This document shows positions 52,233 through 64,000 of a DNA stretch of 64,000 nt, piece after piece. Within the stretch, counting starts at the first letter, position 1, and each line of letters opens with the position of its first letter. Made by a program: the position numbers and the translations under genes. This DNA comes from Camelus dromedarius. Its lineage: Eukaryota. The notes beneath the pieces were generated by a model. The model did no database searches. It was not told where the DNA came from and saw nothing but the letters and a program-made list of their open reading frames with translations. The DNA is taken from NCBI RefSeq assembly GCF_036321535.1, contig NC_087437.1, positions 101,868,001-101,932,000 on the forward strand, read 5' to 3'.

Positions 52233-53510
52233 AAGTTCAAAGAAATCAAGCCTTCCTCACTAAAATACTCTCATGAATTCTTAAAACATCAATTAAGTCT
52301 ATGCTTAAACTTTTCAGTATGTCCGCTAGACATTGACTATTCTAATTTAACAAAGAGAATTTTGAAGTGTTAAGTTTTATTGAAATTTTCCAATTCTAGA
52401 TATTTATTTCATTAAATAAATAATAATATGTTGAAGTGTTTTACATTAAGTTGAAATTGATGAAATCAAATCAGATCAATCTTCTATACAAAATACATCA
52501 CCTATTTTTAAACTATGAAATATAGTTTATCAGAAAGGGATTTTTTTTGTTTTTGAAAAAAATGAAGCCTGCATATGAGATATGTATTGACTATATCAAA
52601 TAGATACTCTCAAGAAAGTTATAATTTCTATATTTCTCCTGTTTGATTTACTTATCTCCAAATAAACTTGTTTGGTTTTTTTTTAATGGGAAGTAGTGTT
52701 CTGATAATCACAAAACTCCAGCTAGAAAATAGGTATCTCTTATATCGTCTATCATTCTAGTGGGGAGAACAAGATAATGTGTTTTAGTAGAATTCCATTC
52801 TGTGTTCACTTGTTCCTTTCATTTACTTCCCTTTATATGTAAAGTTTAAATGATGCAAAATTGTTGATATTTGAAGATGTTGTCTTGTTTTTCCTCCTCA
52901 ATTTGCATTATATAATAGCTTTGTTTCAGCAGAAAAAAAATAACTAATAGATTTATCTATCACTTCTACTTATCTGGCTTGATAATTTTCAATTATGTTT
53001 ATCTAGGTGAATCAAGTGCACTTTTTAATAACAGAGCAAATTTTGTTTAAAAACATAATTCATCGTAGATACATCATGAATGTGAAAGGACAGGTTTGTG
53101 TGCATCCTTGTCTTTATGGTCAGAAAATCCTGACTTATCTTGATTTTTGTGTAACAATCTTGAATTGTATATGCTTTCTGTGTAGTTACTATTCACCTGG
53201 CTGCTCTTAATGGTTAGTTGTAGAAACAATAACAAACCTTGCAAGAAAAACAGTTTAAAAGCCTCAGGGTACTTCCTTGGCTGGGCTGGAAATAAGCTTC
53301 AAAAGGAATTTGCTACTGAATCATAGTATTTAAGCAGGTTAAAATAAATTAGCAAATGACATTAAATTCTGGTGGCTTTTACTGAGAGACAAGAAATATA
53401 TTTTAAAGTTATAGTAACAATTTAAACAATATGCTATTTAGTTTTTTAAACTATGCATACTGATAGGAGCCCAATGATCATACTTCAGTTCAATGGATAG
53501 GTAGTAAAAG

Positions 53511-53513
<3 letters not shown>

Positions 53514-53548
<35 letters not shown>
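53514..53548. repeat. (TG)n microsatellite
   Basis: Read directly. Confidence 0.95.
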
Positions 53549-53549
<1 letters not shown>

Positions 53550-55551
53550 TGTTATGTGTATATGAAAATCAAAAAATTGGAAGGTTAGTTTTTGACATCA
53601 AATAATACATCAGGGCCATGTGTATAGCATCATGGGCATATAGTATTGAACAAAATAGAGCCCCTTTCAGATAAGACAGAGTTGAAATGAATATTATTTA
53701 AATTCATTTAAGTAACATAAATATATAAAAATGCTTAGAAATGAAAATCAAGGCTCTTATAACAAGAAGGCCCAAACTAATCATGTGGACTATTTAAGGG
53801 ATATAAAACATAATTAAGGTTTAAAGGTACAAAATGTTAAAGGATTTAAAGCAATTAAAGAATCAAGGAGCTAAGAAAAGTTCATGGATCAGCAGAATTA
53901 TAAACACAATATGCTGAGAGTCAGGAGATGTGGCTAGAGAGAAATATAGGGGCCAGATTATACTAACCTTGGTGTCTATTTGAAGGATGACAGAATTTTT
54001 TCCAAGAGCAATAGATTACATTTATTTAATGAGTGGAGAAAAATATATTTGTTAGATGTGCAATGTCAAGTCTATTCTATCATATTTCTGTCTTGTTTCA
54101 CTAATATTTTTGACTGATACTTTGTCATCTTTGTTGATGGTGCATTATTTCCTGATCCCAATGAAGTGTTTTGTATGTTTTATTTAACATTGAAATTGTG
54201 TTAGTTGGTTGCCAGAATGAGAATACAGAACCAGAAAATTTCTCAGTCCATTCATACTACTACAGCCATATATTTACTGAAATATGAATTCAGCTGAAAA
54301 TGAGAGTAAAATACAACAGAAGTAAATTTATAAACCTCTTAAAATAATTAGTCCCAACTGCCACAAATTTTGGAATTCTAAAGTAAAATTACTTTTGATT
54401 AAGTGTTTTATACCTGACAACATTAGTCAATCATTATGGTAAATAAAGGCATTTTTATATATTCAAGGGCACAGCAACTTTAGCTTTCAAGAACTATTTT
54501 TGAGAAAGCTGTAAGAAAATAATCTTCACCAGAAAAGTGGGAAAACAAAGAGAAAGAAATTTGTAGGATCTGTTGGCAAATAATGACACCAATTTAAAAT
54601 AAAGAGATGCAAGAGAATTGTCATTAAGGAAAAAACATAGAACTAGTAAATCCTTTAGTGTGTTTTTTCTTGAAGGAGAGAAGTGTTTAAATTTTATAAT
54701 TTTCAAATTAATGAATGTTTATATGCAAGGAAAACAATCTAATAGAACATATAAATTATTAATTCTGAGTAAAAGAGAATACAAGTTACAAAATATAAAT
54801 AATGTCATTATTATTATTTGCCTAATAAAAATAAAAACACTGAACATTGTTTCAAATAGAGTATTTAGGTTAAGGATATTGGAAGGATAGAAAAAGACAG
54901 TATCTATCACAGGGAGGTGATATTATAAGACACCTAAGTCTCCTTCTTTTATAAGATTTAGGCAGTAGATAGCATTAAAAAGTTAAGAATTAAGAGATAA
55001 CATGATAGTTACATTAAATAGACAAAAGCAAGTAAATAGCACAAGAGAAATTTGAATTAAAATTTGTTAGAGCTATGATTCATGTACATGCAGAAGAAAC
55101 TCTGAATAAACCTTATGGTATCTTTTGACTAAACAGTGTACACTTAACCATTTGATTTTCATATTTAAATTAAAAAAAATTTATGAATTCTTTGTTTGTT
55201 GAAGAGGTGAAGTAAACTACTACCTCTACCTATGCACAAAATAGGAAATAGAGACAATTTACATGACTGTTTTCCAGGTTAAATTAATCTTGGTTGTTAG
55301 AAAAATAAAATGAGAACAAAGAAAAAGAAAATTCCCAGGCCTTGAGTGTCTTATTTCATTTATTCTCTGATTTTTTACAGAAGTATTAATTGTTAAAACT
55401 GGATTAAAACGAAGGTTGCTGGATTTTTTTCCCCTTAAGATAGCATAGAATTATGGATTGTTAATGTAATACATTTAGGCACATACATGCATATGCATAC
55501 TCATACACATACATATGTATCTTCTATTCCTATTGACTTTGAATTGTATAC

Positions 55552-55679
55552 TTTTTTTTGAGGCAGGAGGTAATTAGGTTTTTATTTATTTATTTATTTA
55601 ATGGCGGTACTGAGGATTGAACCCAGGACCTCGTGTATGCTAAGCATTCAGTCTACACCTGAGCTATATACCCTTCTCC
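55552..55679 (-). mobile_element. tRNA-derived SINE (camelid Vic-1-like)
   Basis: 'ggaggtaattaggtttttatttattt...ggtactgaggattgaacccaggacctcgtgtatgctaagc...ctgagctatatacc'. Diverged TSD-like flanks: tcctattgactttgaat and ttctgttgattttgaat. Confidence 0.9.
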
Positions 55680-56311
55680 TGTTCTGTTGATTTTGAATAC
55701 ATCGTAATAGAAAATAGCTGCTAAAACGCTTATTGAAAATTTGTTTTTCTATTGCTTTGCACCAATTACCTTCATAACATTATGTGGGAATTAGTTTCAT
55801 TAGTTTGATGAAATGTTCTGATTGAGACACCTCAGGTATAAATCAAAATTGACTTAATTTAATTTCCATTTGTGATTTGATTAGAATCATATTGCAGCTA
55901 AACATATGCAGATGGCCTAGAATTGACACTTTTTTTTTTACTGCTTGAATTTCATTTTTGGAAAACCTAATCACTGAAAAGTATTAAGTGACATTTAAAG
56001 AGCATCATTTTCATAAACCTACTGATTTAACTCCTTGATTTATTTGGAGAATATTTTCTAATGCTCTTATTTTTTAGATTTAGTTTTTAGTGTTACAGCT
56101 GTACAATATTGTAAGAATTTGTAATTTTTTTGTTTCATAATTTTCTAAGTCTTTGGCTTCCAATGTCGAATACTAAAATATTTAACTCCAAGAACTTTAA
56201 ATGGAGATGTGATCACTAAAATAAATTACTCATATAAGTATTGGGTTCGTGAGGAAACTTTCCCTAAACTGTGAGGGTAATATGTAATTAGATGTTTCTG
56301 ACAAATCCTCC

Positions 56312-56816
56312 TATATTAGTTTTCCGTGTTACTATAGCTAATAACCAGAAGCCTGGTGGCTTAAAACAGTACAGCTTTTTCTCACAGGTCTGGAGGACAC
56401 AGTCTGAAATCAGTATCCCCGGGATGGTATCAGTATGTCAGCAAGGCCTTGCTCTCTTTGGAGCCTTTATGGGAGACTCCTTCTTTGTGTCTTCCTGCTC
56501 CTGGTGTCTCTTGGAATTCCTTGGCTTGCTACTGTATCACTCTAACCATCAAGGTCAATATCTTTATACCTCTTCCTGCTCCATCTTTACATAGAATTCT
56601 CCTATGTGTATGTAAAGTCTCCCTCAGCCTTTCTCTTATGAAGATACATATGATTTAGGTCTGATCAGGATAATCCAGGACAACCTTTCCATCTCAAAAT
56701 CCTTAACTTAATGGTATCTCCAAAGACTCCCTTTATGATATATAAAGTAACAGTTACAGTTTGCAGGGTTTATATGTGAAGTTTTTTGGGGGGCATTTTT
56801 CAGCCTCTTCTACTCA
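56312..56816 (-). mobile_element. MaLR solo LTR (MLT1C/D-like)
   Basis: 'tattagttt', 'tggtggcttaaaaca' and 'ggataatccaggacaacctttccatctcaaaatccttaactta'. Confidence 0.85.
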
Positions 56817-56951
56817 CTTGGCTCCTCAGGATTATGGTGTCTCTAAATTGTCTAGAACAAGTAGAGAGTCATGCAGAGTTACAAATGATTTGAAGTTGGA
56901 TGTTCCCTCTTTCTGACCAAAAGCTATTCTGCCCTGGTAACATCTTGAATC

Positions 56952-57130
56952 TTGCTTCTCAACATGTTATCTCTAGATTAGACTAGTAACATCAACATCA
57001 TGGGAGACAAGGTTGGAAATCCAGAATTGAGTGGCCCCATCACAGACCTGCTGCATCAGAGTCTGCCTGTGAACAGGATGGTTCATATGTACAGAATATT
57101 CACGTGCACTTTGGAGTTTGAGAAACACTG
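56952..57130. mobile_element. MER5A-like hAT-Charlie DNA transposon
   Basis: 'gcttctcaa...ggccccatcacagacctgctgcatcagagtctgc...agtttgagaaacactg', about 180 bp with degenerate TIRs. Confidence 0.7.
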
Positions 57131-59336
57131 TATGTGTATGAAATTGTGTGTCTATCTAGATATGATCTAAGAAAAAAAATCACAAACTTTTCAAAAAGTT
57201 AGAAGTGATATGACTTACGGAAAGACAGACAGGAATGACTCAAGGTTATATTTCCTGTCTCAACAATTTTTAGAAAAAATGGAGTCATAGATCATAATAC
57301 AAATAACTGGTAAAGTTATTTTAAATAAAAATAGTTTTAACTGCCATTTCAGAATAAGTAATTTTCTAAAACATAAGTGTAAAATGGATTTTACTTGTAT
57401 TTCAGATAATCTGTTGTCCTTCATATTATTTCTGTTGTGAAATTTTTACCATAATTAGTTTCTGTTCAGAATATGATGTGTTAGTTTCTATCAGCGTATC
57501 AAAAACTAAGGTCACTATCTATTGAAAGCATTGAGCAAAAAACCTGGCACACAATGGGTACCAAATAAGAGTATGTTGATTTGAACTATGTGAGTAATCT
57601 CTATTGTGTCCATATGTTTGCCTTTACAATTAAGTAGAAGGACATATATTCTAAATTAAGATATACATTTCAAATTGCATTTATTCATTACTGTTTAGCA
57701 TATGCAGTTGTTCAAAAGCATAAAGCAGTTTAATTGTTCATCATATTTATTCTAGTGTTCTGAAACAAGATTTAATAGAATTTTATCATGCAGTGTCTTA
57801 TATTATGATTAGAATGTGGTTAGAGCATGTGGTGTGAAAAAAAATTCTGAGTATCGTATGTGTTCCTTTTAAGATATGATTATTGTCTCTTTGGGATTAT
57901 AGGAAGGAAGTATTATGTCATTCTTCTTACTTGGGTTTTTGTTTTCCTCAGAACTTCATAAGAGTTAACAGATTGTTAGGCCAAGAGAAATAAAACACAA
58001 GTAATTTGTGTTTAAACGTGTTTTCTGTTTTTCTGCCTCCACTGCAGAGCGTTTCACAAAGTCTTAAGACGAACAGTTGCTTGCCTGTGTTTGCACTTGT
58101 AATAGGTCTCTCCACTAAGCACATTTCCACATGTCATATGTCTTATCCTGCCCAGGTCGACAGATAACAGAACCACCAAAAATTAGTTATTTGTTGTATT
58201 TCAAATGAGAATTTCTGAAACCTAGATATTTACTGAGGTGGTTTCAACTTTTTTATTTTATATGAAATTTCAGTATTTTTTGTCTTTAACACTTTGAATA
58301 TTCATTTGCACACTTTTCCTTGCTGTTTTCTTATTTTTTGATAAATCTGACATACTAGAATGTATGTGACCAAGATTTTTCAGATCAAGGTATGTGCAAA
58401 CTGCATCAGGATGTGAATGTGTTTTGAATTGATTTTTGAAACAATTTTGAGATGTTGAACAACTGTTCTTTACAACATTATGGAACTTATTCTGAACTTT
58501 TCATTTGATGTCATAGATGGATCCCATATTTTATCCATTTATATTTTCCTTAAAGTGTATATGGATTATTGAAGGATATTCTCTAGTATATAATCAGTTT
58601 TCTTGGCATTAACTTCTTGATTTTCCCATGAAATAAAGACTTCTGCTTTATCAAGAACATCAGTAAAGTAATAGAATAAAATAATTACCTTGTGTTTATT
58701 CCAAACAGAAAATAATGAATTGGCCCTTTGAGAATTTCATGCTCATTAAAACCTATCTCCATATAAATCCAGAATGCTCTCAGTAGCATACCGTAGTCAT
58801 CAACAAAACTCTATCCATTCTTTGCATGGCTCTTTCAACGCTTTCATAAATACCGTATTAACTTTCTACATGTTTTCACAGCTAACATAAATGTTCTTGT
58901 ATTTTGATTCAATTTTATATAAACAATTCAATTTGTTTAATTTATAATTATATTTGTAACTTTTATCTCTTTATTAAAGTAATTTTGTGTTAAAAAAATA
59001 TCCTTGTAACAGATTTCTTCACACATGATATCATGTATAACACTATTAATAACATGGATGATTATTTTGTGACTCTGCTCTAATAATTATCCTCAATCCT
59101 TCATGGGGACTGTAGAAAAATTAGGAAAAGGTGATTTTGTTTTTGGTGAGGCTTAGAAAAATAAAAGTGATTTTTAGTATACTGATGCATCTAAGTTTGG
59201 CTCAGAGGCTATCAATTTTCCCGGAATTTTCAATGTACCAAAAAAGATAGAATGGTGTTTTGTATAATAGCACAGAGGAGTTTTGCTAAAAGATGAATGA
59301 TAATAATTATAATCTGTATATACTGTAAATACTACC

Positions 59337-59700
59337 TGTTGTATACTGTGTATTCTTGTCTCCCCCAAATTTGCATATTGAAACCCTAATCCGCAATATG
59401 ATGGTATTAGGAGGTTGAAGATTTGTGGGAAGTAATTAGTTCATGAGGGTGGAGCCTTCATGATGGAACTGGTATACTCACAAGAAGAAACAGGAGAGGG
59501 TTGTTTCTTTCTGTTCTCTGCCATAAGAGCATATAAGGCAGCCATCTGCAAGCCAGAAAGAGGGTCTTCCCCAAATATCAGATCTGCCTGCACACTGCAT
59601 TTGAACTTCTCAGCCTCCAGAACTATGAGAAATAACTGTTTGTTGTTTAAGCCACCCAGAATATGGCACTTTATTGTAGTGGCCCAAGCAGACTAAGATA
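59337..59700 (+). mobile_element. MaLR solo LTR (MLT1A0-like)
   Basis: 'tcatgagggtggagcc' and 'cagcctccagaactatgagaaataa', ending 'gcagactaagata'. Near-TSD ctacc/ccacc. Confidence 0.9.
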
Positions 59701-62033
59701 CCACCAGAGACTCAGAACTGAGTACTTTTTAGGAGCTACAGACTAAAAAGCTATAAAAAAAGGGTTTGAATGGTGGAAGAGCAACATTTTTCTTATTATA
59801 TCCTTGAGTGTTATGGGAGAGTTATTGATTCTCTACAATAGATTATATCATCTGTATTAAATATTAGTGAGCGATGAGTAATAGAGTTGAATTTTATTTA
59901 CCATAGGACTCACCAATAAGCTGGGAATGCAGTATCTATTGGTGGATGTGAGCATTCCAAGGGAGGGGCATGACTGATAGCTCAGAAGTCATGATTTACA
60001 GAACCATCTCCACTTGGGAATGGAGAATCACATCAGAGCTCAGGAAAAAAAAAAAAAAAGATTTGGAACTATAGAGATTTGTAGAAAGGAACATGTGGTA
60101 CTTCTAGTAAGAAAAGGTGGTTTCTCCACAGGTATGACTGCTTTGCTGTATATAGAGAAGTGAGGGTTCATTAATGGGGTCTTGTTCAGAGAAACACACT
60201 GCTTCATAACCGTGCTGTGTAAGCAGTTGATCCTGTTGAGGGTGATTTGTGAAACTTGGGACTTTTGGTAACGGTCTTAAGCTATTTAGTGAACAGGTAA
60301 CCTAGTACCCAAATTAGTACACTTTGGGAGTAAAATGGGGAATTGCTACTATTAATGAATATGCTAGGATAACCAGCTAAAACTAGAACTATCCTTAGCA
60401 AGGTGTAATCTATATGCATTCTAAATTTAGAATATGGTTTCTTTGCTCCAAGATGACAATATTTAAGCAAAGGTAGAAAAATAATCTCAATGAATTCAGT
60501 GAAAATAATTTTCAACAAACAAGGGCAGGAGTCTCTTACAGAGGATACATTTATTTCTGTGTCTAGAATCATATAGCCCCACATCAGATAACATACCCAT
60601 GTCTATCAAATAATGTACTGTGCATATCCTGTGCAAAATCAGGCTTCTTATATGGAATATATTAATTTTTTTATAAATTGCCTGTTTACATCTATTGTGA
60701 TCCAGGCACTATAGAATTTATTATAAAATAGTGATTCAACTGATGAAAATTTGAAAGATTGAGAGTCCTACTTAATTTAACAAAAGTTAAGATAATTCTC
60801 AGCATGACCCTTTAACTGTGAGATTAAACAACATTTTATTGAAATGCCAGGAACTCTTTGCTTAGAAACAAAAACATAGATAGCCTACTCCACACTTTGA
60901 AGGCAATAAATTAATTCTTCATATCTTGATATACAGGAAAGAACCATGGTTCTGTTCTCTATTGGGTTTGGAAACAGAAGAGCAGGTTGAAATAACCTCC
61001 CTAAAACAGAAGGCCATTTCAGTTGGGCTTGTTGGTTGGCTATGGTTGTAGTTCACATGTGTAGGAAAATAAATACTCTGCTACCCAGACAGTGGATAGA
61101 AATTGAGGCTGGTATTCAAACCTTGGTATGAAACCAGGAGCACTTGTGCTAGCAGGCAATGGGAAGACACCCTAACATTTGTTAATAGATAATAGCTTCC
61201 AGTTTAGAAACTGCTGTGTGGAGATACTCAAGCTACAAGGTAGAACATCAAGCCAACGTTCTAAGCCCCTGAAAAACTGGAATGGAGTATTCCCTCAAAG
61301 CCGAGTATTGAGTGTTATAACATGATCGCAGGAGTGTGCCTTGCTTTCTTTCTCAGTAGAGAGCTGCTATTATCATCATCATCATCATCTTGCCTGACGA
61401 GGGATAAAAATCACATAGACTTACAGGATACAATTTGGTAAAGAAATAACCAGAAGTGTCAATAATCCTTTTGTATCATTGGCTGGCATGCACATGGTCT
61501 CTATTAACTAATTCTAAGATGCTCCTGGTAATGAAGTATACCTTCCACTTTTATGTGTTAAGGGCTTATACAGCAAAAATGTGACACCCAGACAGTCACA
61601 CATAAAACTTTATTTTTAATATATTTTTTGAACATTCATGCTGGTAAACAACATGAACATGAAGTTTGGGGGGATCACATTACAGACATGGTTTGAGTGC
61701 TTGAATGCTAAATACAGTGGGAATGCTGGATCAGCCGTTAGGTGTTTAAGAAGATATTTAATGTATGCCAGCTGTTAAAATTCTAAAGTTTCACATTCCA
61801 AACTCAGCAAATATTTTTCTGTAATGAATTTTAATACTCTTAGGTTTCTCACCTTCCTTAATTCAGTTGTCTAGGGAGGTCGTAATCTGCTTATAAATCC
61901 AGAGCCTCTTGTGCCTGTTCAAAATCATCACTGCATAAGGAAAAGTAAAAATGGAAACAGTTTGTCAACTACACTTTTTTTCACAACCCATGAATATTGA
62001 AAGATAAATTTAATCTTATTTTAAAATAAATGA

Positions 62034-62163
62034 GGGGGAGGGTATAGCTCAGTGGTAGAGTGCATGCCTAGCATGCATGAGGTCCTGGGTTCAATTCCCA
62101 GTACCTCTACTAAATAAATAAACCTAATTACCTCCTTCCATTAAAGGAATAAAATAAAATAAA
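62034..62163 (+). mobile_element. tRNA-derived SINE (camelid Vic-1-like)
   Basis: GGGGGAGGGTATAGCTCAGTGGTAGAG (A box)...GGTTCAATTCCC (B box), then 'aaataaataaacctaattacctcc' and an A-rich tail, shared with the other two copies. Confidence 0.9.
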
Positions 62164-62616
62164 GTAGCTGCAATTAATGTCCTATTGTTTCAGTATTCTT
62201 AATTGGACATTTAATTAGGTGTATTCTGTACAATTACATTTAAAATTTGACTCAGGAAAGTGTTTTCAAGTATAAGTTAGATATTGTAATAAATTAAGAA
62301 CCCATGGCATTCTGGAAAACTGCAAAACTAGCCAAATGATGTTAACTTTCAATTTATCCTTCTATAGAAAGAACTATCTTATATTCCATATTGTGATTTT
62401 TTATATTTCAAAGTTAAATTTATTCTTTATAGTTTAACTTAGAAATTTTTTATTGTAGTTAAGATCTAGTTCCAAAAGACTTTTATTAATAGTAACCTTA
62501 AACTTCTTATTTTATTATTAAAATATCGCTGGTTTAATCTTAATATGAAAATACTTATTTTCAATGTATTCTGTTAGGAAATCTTCAGTGATAGCTTGGA
62601 TATTGTTGAAATGGAT

Positions 62617-63790
62617 TAAATGAAAGCAAAAATAAACAAATGAGACTTAATTAAACATATAAGCTTTTGCACAGCAAAGGAAACCATAAGCAAAACAAGA
62701 AGACAGCATATGGAATGGGAAAAAATATTTGCAAATGATGCAGCTGACAAGGGCTTAATTTCCAGAATATATAAACAACTCATACAACTTAATAACAAAA
62801 AACCAAACAACTCAATCCAAAAATGGGCAGAGAACTTAAACATACAACTCTCCAATGAAGACATACAAATGGCCAATAGGCACATGAAAAAATGCTTAAT
62901 ATCACTAGTTATCAGATAAATGCAAATCAAAACTACAATGAGGTATCACCTCACACCAGTCAGAATGGCCATCATTAAAAAATCCATGAACGATAAATAC
63001 TGGAAGGGGTGTGGAGAAAAGGGAACCCTCCTACACTGCTGGTGGGAATGTAGTTTGGTGCAGCCATTATGGAAAACAGTATGCAGATTCCTCAAAAAAC
63101 TAAAAATAAACTTAACCATGTGATCCAGCAATCCCAATCCTGGGCATATATCCAAAGAGAACTCCTAATTTGAAAAGATACATGCACCCCAATGTTCATA
63201 GCAGCACTGTTTACAACAGCCAAGACATGGAAGCAACCTAAATATCCATTGACAAATGACTTGATAAAGAAGATGTGGTATATTTATACAATGGACTGCT
63301 ACTCAGCCATTAAAAAGAATAAAATAATGCCATTTGCAGCAACATGGATGGACCTGGAGATCGTCATTCTAAGTGAAGTAAGCCAGAAAGAGAAAGAAAA
63401 ACATCATATGATATCATTCATATGTGAAATATAAAAACAAAAACAAAAACAAAACCCCACAAATGAACTTATTTACAAAACAGAAACAGACTCACAGACA
63501 TAGAAAACAAACTTATGGTTTCTGGTAGGAGAAGAGGAAGGGGAAGGAAAGGGATAAATTGGGTTTTGAGATTTTCAGATACTAACTACTATATATAAAA
63601 TAGATAAACAACAAGTTTCTTCTGTATAGCACAGGAAACTATATTCAATATCTTATAGTAACATAATGAAAAAAATGTGAAAATGAATATATGTATGTGT
63701 ATGTATGACTATAACATTAGGCTGTACACCAGAAATTGACACAACATAGTAAACTGATTATTCTTCAATAAATTAAAAAAATAATTAAAA
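62617..63790 (+). mobile_element. 5'-truncated L1 (ORF2 C-terminus, 3' UTR, A-tail)
   Basis: ORFs '[22 protein letters not shown]', '[21 protein letters not shown]...HCWWEC' and '[16 protein letters not shown]'. Confidence 0.95.
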
Positions 63791-64000
63791 ACCTTTATGT
63801 TTGAAACTTAATTATTGTATGTAATTTGTTATGTGTAATTTAAATATATCTTTAAAGACTTAGCATTTACCACATTTATTTTTTTTTAACTGAAGTTCAT
63901 TTTATATGAAGATTAGAGCTAACTATTTTCATACTGTAGACCTTGAAATATCTACAAATGAACTACTTCTCAAGTTCCTTTAAGTGAACTTGTTTGGATC

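Noticed and set aside
59900..61400. Possible ancient LTR or internal fragments
   Set aside because: Slightly more GC-rich, but I could not assign a family or motif with confidence.
62034..62106. tRNA gene
   Set aside because: It has A and B boxes but continues into the SINE tail shared with two other copies, so it is a SINE head.

Overview
AT-rich, repeat-dense mammalian genomic DNA. It is most likely camelid, judged from three copies of a tRNA-derived SINE that resembles Vic-1. I could not recognise any host protein-coding exon, functional RNA gene, CRISPR array or prokaryotic system. Most of the longer ORFs in the track are decayed transposon frames or chance ORFs. The window contains: (i) a decayed, internally deleted ERV-L/HERV16-like provirus on the minus strand (~0.2-5.3 kb), with gag, RT, RNase H, IN and dUTPase remnants; (ii) many L1, L2, MIR, MaLR, MLT2, Tigger1 and MER5A fragments, including an old L1 interrupted by two other L1s (33.2-40.2 kb); (iii) a decayed plus-strand provirus (43.06-45.39 kb) that pairs class III pol with a gamma-type env, as HERV-S does. 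Its 3' LTR abuts the only CpG island in the window (~45.4-46.0 kb). That island carries tandem TCTCGCGGGA motifs, MYB and RFX-like sites, splice donors and a Kozak ATG opening MGNTCG..., and is the best candidate for an unannotated promoter or first exon. Two compact transcription-factor motif clusters (30.3-30.5 kb and 42.5-42.7 kb) look like enhancers. Repeat family names come from pattern recognition, not database searches, and boundaries are approximate.
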